Sequence record: SRR31156797_3857
DNA: 42,778 nt
Strand: one strand, 5' to 3'
The stretch's first letter is position 1; every line of letters starts with the position of its first letter. Below the pieces are notes generated by a model, which was not told the origin of the DNA, did no database searches, and worked only from the letters and a program-made list of their open reading frames with translations. Positions 10,109-21,112 of the stretch are shown piece after piece. Both the position numbers and the translations under genes were made by a program.

Positions 10109-12561
10109 TACAGCGCATCCCTGAGTGATTTCATTGGCGATTTACGCACAAGACGGATGATGGGTAATGCTCCTGCAACGATCAATGCCAACATCGAAAA
10201 CAGCGCAGTTTCAACATAAGCCAATGGCATCAATTTAAGTTCCATTGTCCAGCCAAATGATTGCTTGATGACAATTTCCACGACCAACTTGGCTAGCGCT
10301 AACCCTAAAGGCATCGCGATCAGCATCGAAATAAGCCCAAATACAAACAGTTGTAACGCACCAATGACAACTAACTCTTTACCAGAAACGCCTAAGCAGC
10401 GTAATAGAGCCGTATGTCGTTGACGAGAAGTCTCACCGGCTAAGGTCGCAAAGAAAATACCGCACACAGCAATAAATAACGTAATGCTGCCAAGTGTATC
10501 GGCGATGACAAAGGTTCGATCAAACACACGCATCGCTTGTCGGTGAATATCACTGTTATCAACAATACGTTCAGGATCTAAATGGAATACTGAGTTTAAG
10601 CGACTGATGACCGTGTGCCTTTCGGCACTCTCTTTGAGCAATACCGCTAAAGCTACATCGCCAGTTCCGGCGAAGGCATGCAGCCAATTTTGATGAGACA
10701 TCAATATCTGGTTGTAAGGGTTACCATAGTCGTAATACACCCCAACCACCTGCCAACCCTCACCTAAAGGTTCTGCAAGATCAATCGAATCACCAGGGCG
10801 AAGGTCCATTTTCAATGACATCGATTCACTGATCATAATTCCTTTTGAATGGTGTAAGTAATACCAGTAGTTTGGTACGGCTATCTTCACGGTTAATGAA
10901 TTTTCTTCATCAGCAGTAGCTCCGGAACTGACGACCTGTAGTGTCCCTTTCTCGGAAGGGATTTGATTTTCCCAACGCCACCAAACATGCTCGACCTCTG
11001 GTTGATTCTGTAGCCAACCACTGACCACAGCAGCAGAGTTGTTGGTTGGGAACAGATACAAGTCTGCGGCTAAACGCTGTTCAAGCCACTGTTCTGTCGT
11101 GTCGCGGAAGCTACCGACGGTAGTAACCACACCGATATTAGCCGCCATTGCAATCATAAACGCCATGGTTGCAACACCACGATAACTCATGCTCGCAGCC
11201 GCATCCGCAAAGAACCAGCGAGCTTTCACCCAGCGTAATGTATAGGAAAAGCTGTTAAACCATTTCCAAATAATGTACGGGGTTAATAGCGCAGCACTGA
11301 TTAGCATTAAGGCGATAATAGTAAAGCCGGATGATTGCGTTTTTGGTGCCTGATAAATGGCAATAGCCGCGACAATCAACGCGCCTGCAACAAAGGTTTG
11401 CAGCAAGAACTCATTACCAGTAAAACGCAGAATAGACAGCCTTGTGGTTAAACGAATCGGTTGTGATCTGAGTAAGCGGATCAGCGGCCATGCACAAGAG
11501 CCAAACGCCCCTATAATCGCCATCAATAAACTGTAACGGCTCCACTCCCAATCCCAAACAATCGACAAGCCAACATTGGCGTTGTACAAATCAGACAAGC
11601 TCATCGAAACGGAAGGAATCATCTGATTCGCTAAAACTAAACCAAGACCATTGCCACATATCCAGCTAATAATAACTAAACCAAACAACTCCAGTGACAA
11701 GGCTTGCGCTAAATGCCAGCCGCTAACTCCTGTTTGGCGTAGCATACCAACCAATCGTTGACGTTGAATAAGCGACAAAGACATGGCTTGATAAAAAATA
11801 AACAGCCCGACCAAAAATGACAGCATGCCCATCGCCGTTAAATTGATATGGAAAGCTTTGGTCAGAGATTCCAGTTCAGAGCGCGCACTCTGTTTAAGTG
11901 ACATCCCTTTAGGAAGAGATTGAATTAACCTTTCTAGCTTTTCTTTTGGCATTTCACCGCAGGCAATCGAAGTAAAGCCAGAACTTCTGCGAAGTTGGCG
12001 AATCAACGACATATCCGCAACCAGTCGAGTACCCGTGATGAGATTATTCTGATCGATATGGATAGGACCAAGAATGGTACCATCTTGCATGGTAATCTTG
12101 TCACCATCATTCCAGCCTTGCATAGACGCAAATTGATCACTAACCAATACTGGATAGGGTTCTCGCATCAGCTTTATTGCTTGTACTTCACTCAGGCTTT
12201 TATCACCCGCGACAGGAATGAGCGCGACAGGATCAATACCCAGTAAAGAGACATCCACGCCACTTTGAGTGGTAAAACGGTAACTATCGAAAGGCGTACA
12301 TTGATGGAAACCATCTCTGCGTAATTGAATGTAGAAACCTTGTGGAATTCGGTTTCCAACATGTTTAGGACGAATGCGGTATGGAAGAGGATTAGAAAAC
12401 AGCTTTTCGCCATGTTCATAGCTTACGCGGGCATGTTGGTTAATTGCAGTAACACCAACAAGCAACGAAACACCTAGAGTCAGTCCAAACCAAACAAGGA
12501 TTATCTGTAGAGGGTAACGGCGGTAGTGACCAAGTAGCGCTTTAACTACGGGCCATAACAT
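10108..12561 (-). CDS. FtsX/MacB-like ABC transporter permease (AttF/G-like)
   Basis: Two FtsX-type TM blocks (QRQRLVGMLRQTGVS; RQRHTALLRCLGVS); start revised to MLWPVVKALL. Confidence 0.88.
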   Translation of the reverse strand: MLWPVVKALLGHYRRYPLQIILVWFGLTLGVSLLVGVTAINQHARVSYEHGEKLFSNPLPYRIRPKHVGNRIPQGFYIQLRRDGFHQCTPFDSYRFTTQSGVDVSLLGIDPVALIPVAGDKSLSEVQAIKLMREPYPVLVSDQFASMQGWNDGDKITMQDGTILGPIHIDQNNLITGTRLVADMSLIRQLRRSSGFTSIACGEMPKEKLERLIQSLPKGMSLKQSARSELESLTKAFHINLTAMGMLSFLVGLFIFYQAMSLSLIQRQRLVGMLRQTGVSGWHLAQALSLELFGLVIISWICGNGLGLVLANQMIPSVSMSLSDLYNANVGLSIVWDWEWSRYSLLMAIIGAFGSCAWPLIRLLRSQPIRLTTRLSILRFTGNEFLLQTFVAGALIVAAIAIYQAPKTQSSGFTIIALMLISAALLTPYIIWKWFNSFSYTLRWVKARWFFADAAASMSYRGVATMAFMIAMAANIGVVTTVGSFRDTTEQWLEQRLAADLYLFPTNNSAAVVSGWLQNQPEVEHVWWRWENQIPSEKGTLQVVSSGATADEENSLTVKIAVPNYWYYLHHSKGIMISESMSLKMDLRPGDSIDLAEPLGEGWQVVGVYYDYGNPYNQILMSHQNWLHAFAGTGDVALAVLLKESAERHTVISRLNSVFHLDPERIVDNSDIHRQAMRVFDRTFVIADTLGSITLFIAVCGIFFATLAGETSRQRHTALLRCLGVSGKELVVIGALQLFVFGLISMLIAMPLGLALAKLVVEIVIKQSFGWTMELKLMPLAYVETALFSMLALIVAGALPIIRLVRKSPMKSLRDAL

Positions 12562-13213
12562 GAAGGTGTCCCCCTTGAAGACGAATACAGCCGTCCATAT
12601 GTCCCGCCACTTTTTCACTGTGTGTCACTAGGAACAAAGTGCACTTTAACTGCCTAGCCAGTGTGGTTAGCAAACGCATCACCGCTTCAGCATTGCGTTC
12701 ATCAAGACTGCCTGTTGGTTCGTCAGCGAGTAAAATGGTTGGCTCCATGTAAAGAGCACGAGCAATCGCGGCCCTTTGCTGCTGACCACCCGAAGCTTCT
12801 TCTGGGTAACGGCCTAAAAGTGGCATCAAGTCGAGCGCAGAAATGATCTGACGCCAAAGGCCACGATCTTCTGGTAGCCCCTTCAACTGCCGACAAAAAC
12901 GAATATTGTCAGCAATATTAAGCGTAGGAAGTAAATTAAACTGCTGGAAAATATGACCAATGTTATTACGACGATACGCAGTGCGTTGGTTTTCTGTGGT
13001 GTTATGCATAGCGAAATCAGGGAACCAAATTTCTCCTGAATCGACAACATCTAATCCCGCAATTAGGTTAAGAAGAGTACTCTTTCCAGAGCCACTTTCT
13101 CCCATCAGGGCTAGTTGGTCACCTTGATTGATCGTTAACTCAGCGCCCTGTAACACCGGGTGAAACTCGCCACCGTCGACATATCCTTTGCTCAGGTTTA
13201 CCAGTTGTAACAT
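12542..13213 (-). CDS. ABC transporter ATP-binding protein (LolD/AttE-like)
   Basis: Walker A GESGSGKS, signature SGGQQQR, Walker B ILLADEPTGSLD. Confidence 0.95.
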   Translation of the reverse strand: MLQLVNLSKGYVDGGEFHPVLQGAELTINQGDQLALMGESGSGKSTLLNLIAGLDVVDSGEIWFPDFAMHNTTENQRTAYRRNNIGHIFQQFNLLPTLNIADNIRFCRQLKGLPEDRGLWRQIISALDLMPLLGRYPEEASGGQQQRAAIARALYMEPTILLADEPTGSLDERNAEAVMRLLTTLARQLKCTLFLVTHSEKVAGHMDGCIRLQGGHLHVMARS

Positions 13214-13421
13214 TCAATCTCCAACATCAACCAAGGGCCATAGGCCTCTTGATATTAAGCTTTATTAATTTGCATGACGAACCACAAGCGGTGTGAGTAC
13301 GCTGAGGTTTTTACGACACAGAATGGGAGGAGAATTTACACTAATTCCCCTACAGTAGGAAGTCTTTTGCCGCGTACTGCTACTGAGTTGTTGCAAAATA
13401 CAGCAACTTTGCCGTTAAAAT

Positions 13422-14798
13422 TCAGCTTTCGATAAGGTTACGCATCCACTTCTTACTTCTTACCCTAAAAAAGCAACCCACCCACTTCACGACTTCTTCA
13501 CTAAGAAACAGCAGATATATCCATTCAGGTTTTGCGCCAAAATAAATTGCCGCTACGGCAGCCAGTGGAATACCGATAAGCCACTGCGCAACCAGATCCT
13601 GCCCCAAGCAAAACTTTACATCGCCGCCTGCACGTAAAACACCCACTATCGCCACCATTGGAATCGAACGTAACATGATACCCAAAGTAAGGATCAGAAT
13701 GAACTTCTCAACCAAGGCCCGAGTTTCTTCTGTCAACGCGCTAAAGGAGTTGAGGATAGGAATCTGTGCGAAATAGAGTATTCCAGCCATAAAGATAGCG
13801 GTGATAAAGTTAGCGCCAATCACACCTAGCGCTTGGTAATACACAGCTTCGTACTGTTTCGCGCCGAGTTGGTTACCAATCAATACCGCGGCAGCATTAG
13901 ATAAACCAATCAATAAACTCAATGAAATCGATTCAACCGGCGTCATCACAGACAGTGCCGCTAAGCCTTGTACTCCGGTTTGTCCCATAATCGCATGATA
14001 GACAAACAAGCCACCGGACCAAGCAAGAAAGTTGAATGTGGTTGGCAAAGACAGTTTCAAAAATCGAACAACATTGCTCAGCTCAATAACATTACGCAGG
14101 TCAGCAAACCCAAATGCCAATAGATGCTTTTTGCCGTACAAATAGCCATATAAACAAGCGACTTCAATTACGCCACTTAACAAGGTCGCTAACGCCGCAC
14201 CTTGAATGCCCAACGCCGGAAAACCTAACTTACCAAAAATCAGTATCCAGTTAAGTATGATATTGGAAACAATACCCACCCCACTGAAAAAGGTACTAAT
14301 ACCCGGCTTATGCATCGCTCTTAAGCCAACCGACATACTGTTCACACAGGCAATCGCACACATACTAAATGACGTGATGACTAAGTATTGACTACCAAGT
14401 TCATTCACCACTTGTGAATCTGTCGTCAACGCCATAATGTCACTAGGGAATACCACAAACAGAACCACGGTGAACAAAGCGAAAATCATCGACATCAACC
14501 AAGTTAATGCCGTACTTCCTCTAACACCCTCTCTATCGCCGGCTCCCCAATACTGAGCTGAAAGCAACGCACCACCCGCAGACATACCCACTAACATAAT
14601 GGTAGAAACAAACGTCGCTCTTGCAGCTACACCCACTGCCGCTATTTCCGCTTCACCAAGTTGGCCCAGCATAAGAACGTCAACCAGGCCACGGCTGGAC
14701 AGAAGCAGCATTTGCAAACTTATCGGTATAGCAATAGCAACCAGACGACGAAAAAAGTCGCCTCTTGTATGAAGCAAAACATTAGATAACAGGGACAA
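13422..14798 (-). CDS. MATE family efflux transporter
   Basis: About 12 TM; DVLMLGQLG, SAQYWGAG, NWILIFGKLGFPALGIQGAALAT and LRAGGD motifs; likely TTG start at 14798 after SD GAGG. Confidence 0.92.
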   Translation of the reverse strand: MSLLSNVLLHTRGDFFRRLVAIAIPISLQMLLLSSRGLVDVLMLGQLGEAEIAAVGVAARATFVSTIMLVGMSAGGALLSAQYWGAGDREGVRGSTALTWLMSMIFALFTVVLFVVFPSDIMALTTDSQVVNELGSQYLVITSFSMCAIACVNSMSVGLRAMHKPGISTFFSGVGIVSNIILNWILIFGKLGFPALGIQGAALATLLSGVIEVACLYGYLYGKKHLLAFGFADLRNVIELSNVVRFLKLSLPTTFNFLAWSGGLFVYHAIMGQTGVQGLAALSVMTPVESISLSLLIGLSNAAAVLIGNQLGAKQYEAVYYQALGVIGANFITAIFMAGILYFAQIPILNSFSALTEETRALVEKFILILTLGIMLRSIPMVAIVGVLRAGGDVKFCLGQDLVAQWLIGIPLAAVAAIYFGAKPEWIYLLFLSEEVVKWVGCFFRVRSKKWMRNLIES

Positions 14799-14895
14799 GC
14801 GACACCTCAGAGGACAAGAGATTGATGACGAACGAAAATTATGTCTATTATACTCACTTGTGCATAAGCTAACCAACATAAACCGAGGTGTATAG

Positions 14896-16332
14896 GTGAA
14901 AAAAGTTCTGGTACTTGGGGCATCCGGTTACGTCGGCTCTCAACTGCTTCCACTGCTGTTAGCCCAAGGCTATGAAGTCACGGCTGCCGCTCGTCATATT
15001 GACTACCTAGAAGCTCGAACAACGCCAGACGCTCGCCTAACAATAACCTATTTAGATCTGGCAGATGAGCAACAAACATTAAACGTGGTCCGTGAGTTTG
15101 ACCTTGTGTTCTTCCTCGTTCATGGCATGGCTCAAGGCCATGATTTTCTCGATTACGAGTTAAAACTTGCTCACAATTTTAAGCAAGCACTCGATAGAAG
15201 CCAGATCAAGCACGTCATCTATCTCAGCGCACTTCAGCCACAAACGGGCGATTCCGAACACTTAAAAGCCCGTCAGGTGACCGGAGAGATCTTACGCCAA
15301 AGTTCGGTTCCTATCACCGAAGTCCGCGCTGGCGTTATCATCGGCCCCGGTTCTGCCGCATTCGAAATCATGCGTGACTTCGTTTACAACTTACCGATAC
15401 TGATTACGCCTAAATGGGTCGATTCCAAGGCTAACCCAATCGCACTGGAAAATCTCAATCACTATTTACTCGAGTTAGCCAAAGAGACACCTCAGATAAA
15501 CCATATCTATGAAGCCGGCGGCCCAGATATTCTTTCCTATCGCAAACAGTTTGAAACCATCTGCCAAGCGGCAGGAAAACCCTTTCATTTGTGGTCAACA
15601 TCGTTATTAACACCGCGAATGGCATCGTATTGGCTGGGTATTATCACCTCAGTACCAAGCAGCATTGGCAGCGCTCTGTTAGCTGGTTTGGAACACGATT
15701 ATGTGGCGCAATCCGATGAGCTACAACAACGTTACCCTCAGTCACTGATATCATATAACGATGCAGTAGAGCAGACGATTAAACGTGAAGGCACTTTTGT
15801 GCGCAGCAAAGTTTGGGGATTCGAGCCTAACGCACTCAAACGTTGGCAGGCGGGTTTTGGTTATTACCCCAAACAAGCCGGAGCAACGATTGAAACCGAA
15901 CTTACCGACACCCAGTTATGGCAAGTTATCACGACGATTGGCAGTCCGGCCGAAGGTTACTTCTTTGCCAATGGTTTGTGGCGAACCAGAGAATGGCTCG
16001 ATCTGTTCTTTGGTGGCGGGATCCCGGTTCGCAGAAGCCCATCAGGGCCAGAACTTGAAGTCGGTGATTTTATCGATTCATGGAAAGTGATTCGCTGTGA
16101 AAACCACCGCTTCCTGTCGCTATTTTTCGGTATGAAAGGCCCAGGGTTAGGAAGACTAGAGTTCACGATTAAAGATCTTGGCCACACACGCGAACTGAAT
16201 GTCACTGCATGGTGGCACCCCAAAGGTTTCTTAGGGCTTCTTTATTGGTTTGCCATGATGCCGGCCCACCTGTTCATTTTTAATGGCATGGTAAAAGCCA
16301 TTGTCCGTAAAGCAAAATCAAAAAAGCCCTGA
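14896..16332 (+). CDS. Atypical SDR NAD(P)-binding protein with C-terminal DUF2867 (YbjT-like)
   Basis: VLVLGASGYVG Rossmann motif, RAGVIIGPGSAAFE, GDFIDSWKV and WWHPKGFLGLLYWFAMMPAH; GTG start with SD GAGG. Confidence 0.88.
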   Translation: MKKVLVLGASGYVGSQLLPLLLAQGYEVTAAARHIDYLEARTTPDARLTITYLDLADEQQTLNVVREFDLVFFLVHGMAQGHDFLDYELKLAHNFKQALDRSQIKHVIYLSALQPQTGDSEHLKARQVTGEILRQSSVPITEVRAGVIIGPGSAAFEIMRDFVYNLPILITPKWVDSKANPIALENLNHYLLELAKETPQINHIYEAGGPDILSYRKQFETICQAAGKPFHLWSTSLLTPRMASYWLGIITSVPSSIGSALLAGLEHDYVAQSDELQQRYPQSLISYNDAVEQTIKREGTFVRSKVWGFEPNALKRWQAGFGYYPKQAGATIETELTDTQLWQVITTIGSPAEGYFFANGLWRTREWLDLFFGGGIPVRRSPSGPELEVGDFIDSWKVIRCENHRFLSLFFGMKGPGLGRLEFTIKDLGHTRELNVTAWWHPKGFLGLLYWFAMMPAHLFIFNGMVKAIVRKAKSKKP

Positions 16333-16350
16333 TATCACTATCAGGGCCTT
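16324..16350. terminator. Hairpin between convergent genes
   Basis: aagccctgata-tcac-tatcagggcctt. Confidence 0.55.
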
Positions 16351-16374
16351 AGATACAAAACACTTAGGAGAGCA

Positions 16375-17034
16375 TTAGTCCGCCTTGAATGACAACGGAA
16401 TTTCCGCAAGCTGTGTTCCCTGATTGGATGGATAAATCACATACTCACCATGGTATTTCACGTTCGATTTGTAGTCCGTTTGCTTGTGAACCATAAAGCC
16501 CGCCTCACTCACCATCTCGATAAACTGCGCATGGTTACCACGAACAAACCAGTTCATTGGTTTCACCATCAATTCACCTTCAAAACACGAGTCACACTGG
16601 TTGGAACACAAAGCCAATGAGTTTTGACCGTCGGTAAAGATTTGAACTTTACCCGCACCCACTAACGGTTCAGCAGTAGAAACTTCCCAATCCGCCTCTT
16701 CCATCACATCTAAAAATGCTTCAATCTTTTTGTCGGTAATAACATTGTCCGTATCACCAGAAAAGAACTGCTTATAAAAGGCTGAAATACGTTTAAAAGT
16801 AAACAACAGCTCAGACTGATTGCCTTTAGAACGTCCCGCTTTCTGCCAACGGGTTAAATCCGCCACAACACAAGTTGCAAACCTTTGGCTCTTAATCGCT
16901 TTTGATACCCAGTGCACTAAAAAGTGGTTGTTCGCCACTGGCGCATTGGCAAGCTTGCCAGACTGATGCTCTGCCGCAAGCTCATCAAGAGCCGTGTTGA
17001 CCACATTCTGAATTTCTAAATAGTATTCCGACAT
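16375..17034 (-). CDS. Conserved Vibrio hypothetical protein (DUF2913-like)
   Basis: Start revised to MSEYYLEIQ (TAATG overlap with bcr stop); NHFLVHWV..AIK..RF motif. Confidence 0.65.
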   Translation of the reverse strand: MSEYYLEIQNVVNTALDELAAEHQSGKLANAPVANNHFLVHWVSKAIKSQRFATCVVADLTRWQKAGRSKGNQSELLFTFKRISAFYKQFFSGDTDNVITDKKIEAFLDVMEEADWEVSTAEPLVGAGKVQIFTDGQNSLALCSNQCDSCFEGELMVKPMNWFVRGNHAQFIEMVSEAGFMVHKQTDYKSNVKYHGEYVIYPSNQGTQLAEIPLSFKAD

Positions 17035-18242
17035 TACGCTTTTCTTCCTAACGTCCAATAAAACAGTGCAGACAGCACAGAACACATCGCCATTACAAGT
17101 ACCATTGGCCATGCGACACCACTTGGCATCGCTGCTACAATCATACCGACAACCGATCCAGTACCGAATCTGAGTGTTCCAGCTAATGATGAAGCTGTAC
17201 CAGCCATTCGTGGATAGCGGCTTAAAAGCAGCGCCATAGAGTTACTGCCGATGGTTGAGATGGTACCCACAAACATCACCACAAACGGAACGGTACCCCA
17301 GAGCCCCCAGTCCATCAACCAGCTGAAAAACAAACCAAAACCAGCCATTAACTGGATGAACAAACCAAAACGAAGCATGGCATGTGAACCCACTTTTTTA
17401 ACGAAACGGCCGTTAATGGTTGTCATTGCAATCATTGCAACAATATTCAAACCGAACAAATAGCCAAACTCGCTTGGGCTAACACCATACAAGTCTATGT
17501 AGACAAACGAACCCGCGGTGAGAAACGCGAACATACCAGAGAAAGAGAATGCGCCAGCGAAAATCAATCCCATCGCAGAACCGTTTTGGCATAGCTTTAC
17601 GTAGTTGCGAATAGTACTTCTAAAATGTAAAGGTTGGCGGTTCTCTTCTGATAACGTTTCTGGAATTTTCCAAAACACCATCAAAATGACTATCACCGCG
17701 AAAATGGCCAAGACCCAAAAAATAGAACGCCAGCCAAACCAAATCGCTAAGTGGCCACCAATCATAGGTGCAGCAAGAGGTGCCAGAGTAATGACCAAAG
17801 TGACAAAAGACATTGCGCGAGCAAAATCTTCACGGTCAAACATATCACGCACAACCGCTTGAATGACCACAGCCGCCGCCGCTCCCGCAAAACCTTGTGC
17901 GGCACGCACATACATTAGCGCATCGATACCATTTGTGGTTGCACTCACGACAGCCGCAACACCAAACAGAAATATCCCCGTCAGCATCACTGGGCGACGA
18001 CCAAAACTATCAGCAAGTGGGCCATGCAGAAGCTGGCCAAGAGCAAAACCCAAAGTGTACGACGTCAGCGTAATTTGCACTGCACCCGCACTCACACCCA
18101 GATCTTTTGCAATCGCAGGCATCGAAGGAAGATACATGTCGATCGCAAGTGGCGTCAGAGCCCCAATTGCGCCTAGGACAATAAACAGAATAAAGCTGAT
18201 TTTAGTTTCATCGTTACTCGATGACGCTGTATTTGAGGTCAT
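17034..18242 (-). CDS. bcr: Bcr/CflA family MFS multidrug efflux transporter
   Basis: LAIDMYLPS, GPLADSFGRRPV and AGTASSLAG motifs; rsuA-bcr synteny. Confidence 0.92.
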   Translation of the reverse strand: MTSNTASSSNDETKISFILFIVLGAIGALTPLAIDMYLPSMPAIAKDLGVSAGAVQITLTSYTLGFALGQLLHGPLADSFGRRPVMLTGIFLFGVAAVVSATTNGIDALMYVRAAQGFAGAAAAVVIQAVVRDMFDREDFARAMSFVTLVITLAPLAAPMIGGHLAIWFGWRSIFWVLAIFAVIVILMVFWKIPETLSEENRQPLHFRSTIRNYVKLCQNGSAMGLIFAGAFSFSGMFAFLTAGSFVYIDLYGVSPSEFGYLFGLNIVAMIAMTTINGRFVKKVGSHAMLRFGLFIQLMAGFGLFFSWLMDWGLWGTVPFVVMFVGTISTIGSNSMALLLSRYPRMAGTASSLAGTLRFGTGSVVGMIVAAMPSGVAWPMVLVMAMCSVLSALFYWTLGRKA

Positions 18243-18412
18243 AAATCTCCGATCGGTTTCGATAGTAGAAGTGCGGCCACAAAAGCCGCACTTAATATTA
18301 GCCTAGTAAGGTAAGCCTAAAAGATGTCCACGCATTGAACACCTGTTAGGGAAATATTGAGGAAAGAATTAGGTTGAGCAATCAATTAGGAAAACTAAAT
18401 TTAATCAATCCG

Positions 18413-19108
18413 TTACTTCCAAACAGATTCGACTTCATCTTCCGTTAAGTAGCGGTATTCACCCGGTTCTAGGTCGTCATCTAGCTCGATTTGGCCGACT
18501 TTCTCACGATGCAGACCAACCACTTTATTGCCTAGCGCTGCGAACATACGCTTCACCTGGTGATACTTACCTTCATGGATAGTGAGTAACACTTCATTTT
18601 CGTCTATGACTTCCATTTGTGCTGGAAGCGTCGGTTCGCGTTCATTTCGCAGTTCAATCCCCGCCGCCAACTTGTCGGCATAGTCAGGTTGAACAGCGTC
18701 AGCCAACCAAACACGATAGATCTTACCGCATTTGTGTTTTGGCGAAGTAATACGATGAGACCACTTACCGTCATCAGTAATAAGCACCAAACCCGTAGTA
18801 TCAACATCTAAACGGCCAGCAAAATGCAAACCATTCATATTCATTTCATCGAGAAGAACAAACGCCGTGTGATTAAAACCATCTTCATGTGAGCAAACAT
18901 ACCCTTCTGGCTTGTTCAGCATGATATATTTAGGCCCTGTTTGGGTAATTTCACGCCCTTGCCATTCTACTTCTGCTTGCTCTGCTACTTTAAAAGAACC
19001 GCTCTTTTGCACAACACCATCTACCGTCACTTCACCTGTTTTCAGGATTTGGGTGGACTCTCTACGTGTTGTACCTAACGCGTCACACAAAAATTTATCT
19101 AATCGCAT
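18413..19108 (-). CDS. rsuA: 16S rRNA pseudouridine(516) synthase
   Basis: MRLDKFL S4 domain; catalytic AGRLDVDTTGL; EGKYHQVKRMF. Confidence 0.97.
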   Translation of the reverse strand: MRLDKFLCDALGTTRRESTQILKTGEVTVDGVVQKSGSFKVAEQAEVEWQGREITQTGPKYIMLNKPEGYVCSHEDGFNHTAFVLLDEMNMNGLHFAGRLDVDTTGLVLITDDGKWSHRITSPKHKCGKIYRVWLADAVQPDYADKLAAGIELRNEREPTLPAQMEVIDENEVLLTIHEGKYHQVKRMFAALGNKVVGLHREKVGQIELDDDLEPGEYRYLTEDEVESVWK

Positions 19109-19210
19109 GAATACCTCATCTGCTTGAAGTCAGGTATTATACGCATGTCGTTCAAAATAGTTGAGCTATTTCACAGAATTAATTCTCGAATCAACAACAC
19201 GAATCATTGC

Positions 19211-20947
19211 ATGTACACACTTCGCCCATATCAAGCAGATTCCGTTAAAGCGGTTATCCATTATTTTCGTAAGCACTCTACCCCTGCGGTCATTGTTTTG
19301 CCTACCGGTGCAGGCAAAAGCTTAGTGATTGCCGAGTTGGCAAGGCTGGCGAAAGGCCGAGTACTCGTGCTGGCCCACGTCAAAGAACTGGTGGAGCAAA
19401 ACCACGCTAAATACGAAGGTTATGGACTTACTGGCGCGATTTTTTCAGCTGGCTTAGGGCGAAAAGAAACCGACCAGCAAGTGGTGTTTGCTTCTGTTCA
19501 ATCAGTGGTGAGAAACCTGGATGAATTCAAGAATCAATATTCTTTACTGGTTATCGATGAATGCCACCGTGTACCAGATGACAAGAACAGCAGCTATCAA
19601 AAAGTCATCTCTCACCTACTGGAGCTTAACCCAGGAATGAAAGTTCTGGGTTTAACCGCGACACCTTATCGCTTAGGGATGGGCTGGATTTACCAGTACC
19701 ACACCCGAGGTTTAGTACGCAGTGAAGAAAAACGTTTCTTTCGCGACTGTATTTTTGAACTTCCTATCCGCTACTTATTGGATGAAGGCTTTCTTACGCA
19801 CGCCCGCTTGATCGATGCTCCGGTTCTTAGTTATGACTTTTCGCAGCTAAAGCCAGCCAATACCGGCAGATACAAAGAGTCAGACATGGACTTGGTAATC
19901 GAACAGTCCAAGCGAGCTACGCCACAAATCGTTAGCCAAATTATTCAGCAAGCGAAAGACAAGCAAGGCATCATGATTTTTGCTGCCACCGTTCGTCACG
20001 CACAAGAAATTATGAGCTTACTGCCAGAAGAAGAATCGGCATTAGTGATTGGCGATACGCCGTCACCTGAACGCGACAGAATTATTCAGGCGTTTAAGCA
20101 ACGTGAAATCAAATATCTGGTGAACGTGTCGGTATTAACGACAGGCTTCGATGCCCCACATGTGGATCTTATCGCCATCCTGAGGCCCACTGAATCGGTC
20201 AGCCTATATCAACAAATCGTTGGTCGAGGACTGCGCCTGTCGGAAGGTAAAACAGAGTGTTTGGTACTGGACTACGCAGGGAATACTTACGACTTATACC
20301 AGCCTGAAGTCGGCGACCCGAAGCCAGATTCCACCAGCGAGATCATTACCATACCCTGCCCTGCTTGTGGTTTTAACAATAACTTCTGGGGTAAATTGGA
20401 TAACAACGGATTCTTGATCGAGCACTATGGTCGTAAATGTCAGGGCTACTTTACTGACGAAGAGACCAACGAACGTGAGCACTGCGGTTACCGATTTAGA
20501 GCCAAATATTGTGGCGAATGTGGTGCTGATAATGATATCGCTGCACGTATCTGCCATGAATGTGACGCAACTTTAGTCGACCCAGATAAAAAGCTGAAAG
20601 AAGCACTTAACCTGAAAGATGCTTTAGTCTTCGAATGCCTCAACATGGATATAAGCGTTCATAAAGACGATAAAGGCAAGTCACAACTCAAAGTCACTTA
20701 TATTGGTGACAATAATGCCCAGGTGCATGAATTCTGGGCGTTAAACACACACAAACAAAAAGCGGTATTTAAGCAGAAATTCGTACGTCCTCACTTAGCA
20801 GATAAACACCGACCGTTTGAGGAAGCGTCACCAAGTAAAGTAGTGAACAACCAACACCGTTTTCGCCCACCACAGTTTGTTATAGCTAGAAAATCGGGAC
20901 GTTTTTGGAAAATGAGAGACAAAGTATTTGCCGATGAGCTGAATTAA
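19211..20947 (+). CDS. radD: DNA repair SF2 helicase RadD (YejH)
   Basis: MYTLRPYQ, PTGAGKS, DECH, TATP, QIVGRGLR, CPACG/CGEC zinc fingers; rsuA-radD-rplY synteny. Confidence 0.95.
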   Translation: MYTLRPYQADSVKAVIHYFRKHSTPAVIVLPTGAGKSLVIAELARLAKGRVLVLAHVKELVEQNHAKYEGYGLTGAIFSAGLGRKETDQQVVFASVQSVVRNLDEFKNQYSLLVIDECHRVPDDKNSSYQKVISHLLELNPGMKVLGLTATPYRLGMGWIYQYHTRGLVRSEEKRFFRDCIFELPIRYLLDEGFLTHARLIDAPVLSYDFSQLKPANTGRYKESDMDLVIEQSKRATPQIVSQIIQQAKDKQGIMIFAATVRHAQEIMSLLPEEESALVIGDTPSPERDRIIQAFKQREIKYLVNVSVLTTGFDAPHVDLIAILRPTESVSLYQQIVGRGLRLSEGKTECLVLDYAGNTYDLYQPEVGDPKPDSTSEIITIPCPACGFNNNFWGKLDNNGFLIEHYGRKCQGYFTDEETNEREHCGYRFRAKYCGECGADNDIAARICHECDATLVDPDKKLKEALNLKDALVFECLNMDISVHKDDKGKSQLKVTYIGDNNAQVHEFWALNTHKQKAVFKQKFVRPHLADKHRPFEEASPSKVVNNQHRFRPPQFVIARKSGRFWKMRDKVFADELN

Positions 20948-20979
20948 TCAGCAAACACAGCAGCTAAGCGACATTTTTA

Positions 20980-21008
20980 TTGCGACAAACATGATTGAAT
21001 GATAGTAT
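20980..21008 (+). promoter_or_regulatory. sigma-70 promoter of rplY
   Basis: TTGCGA-N17-TAGTAT followed by a GC-rich discriminator (ccgcgc). Confidence 0.7.
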
Positions 21009-21013
21009 CCGCG

Positions 21014-21112
21014 CTCGTTTTGATGGATGAACTTCATTTATCGAAGCGCTACGACAACACAAGGTCGCATTGTGTTGTTAATTTAATTTTTACTAATTTT
21101 GAGAGTAAAACT
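21014..21112 (+). ncRNA. L25 (rplY) autoregulatory leader
   Basis: Hairpin acaacacaa-ggtcgca-ttgtgttgt (21054-21078), then an AU-rich enhancer and GAGAG. This matches the known architecture of gammaproteobacterial rplY leaders. Confidence 0.65.

Noticed and set aside
20999-21112. N-terminal extension of L25 in the ORF track
   Set aside because: This is the promoter and leader; the true start is 21113.
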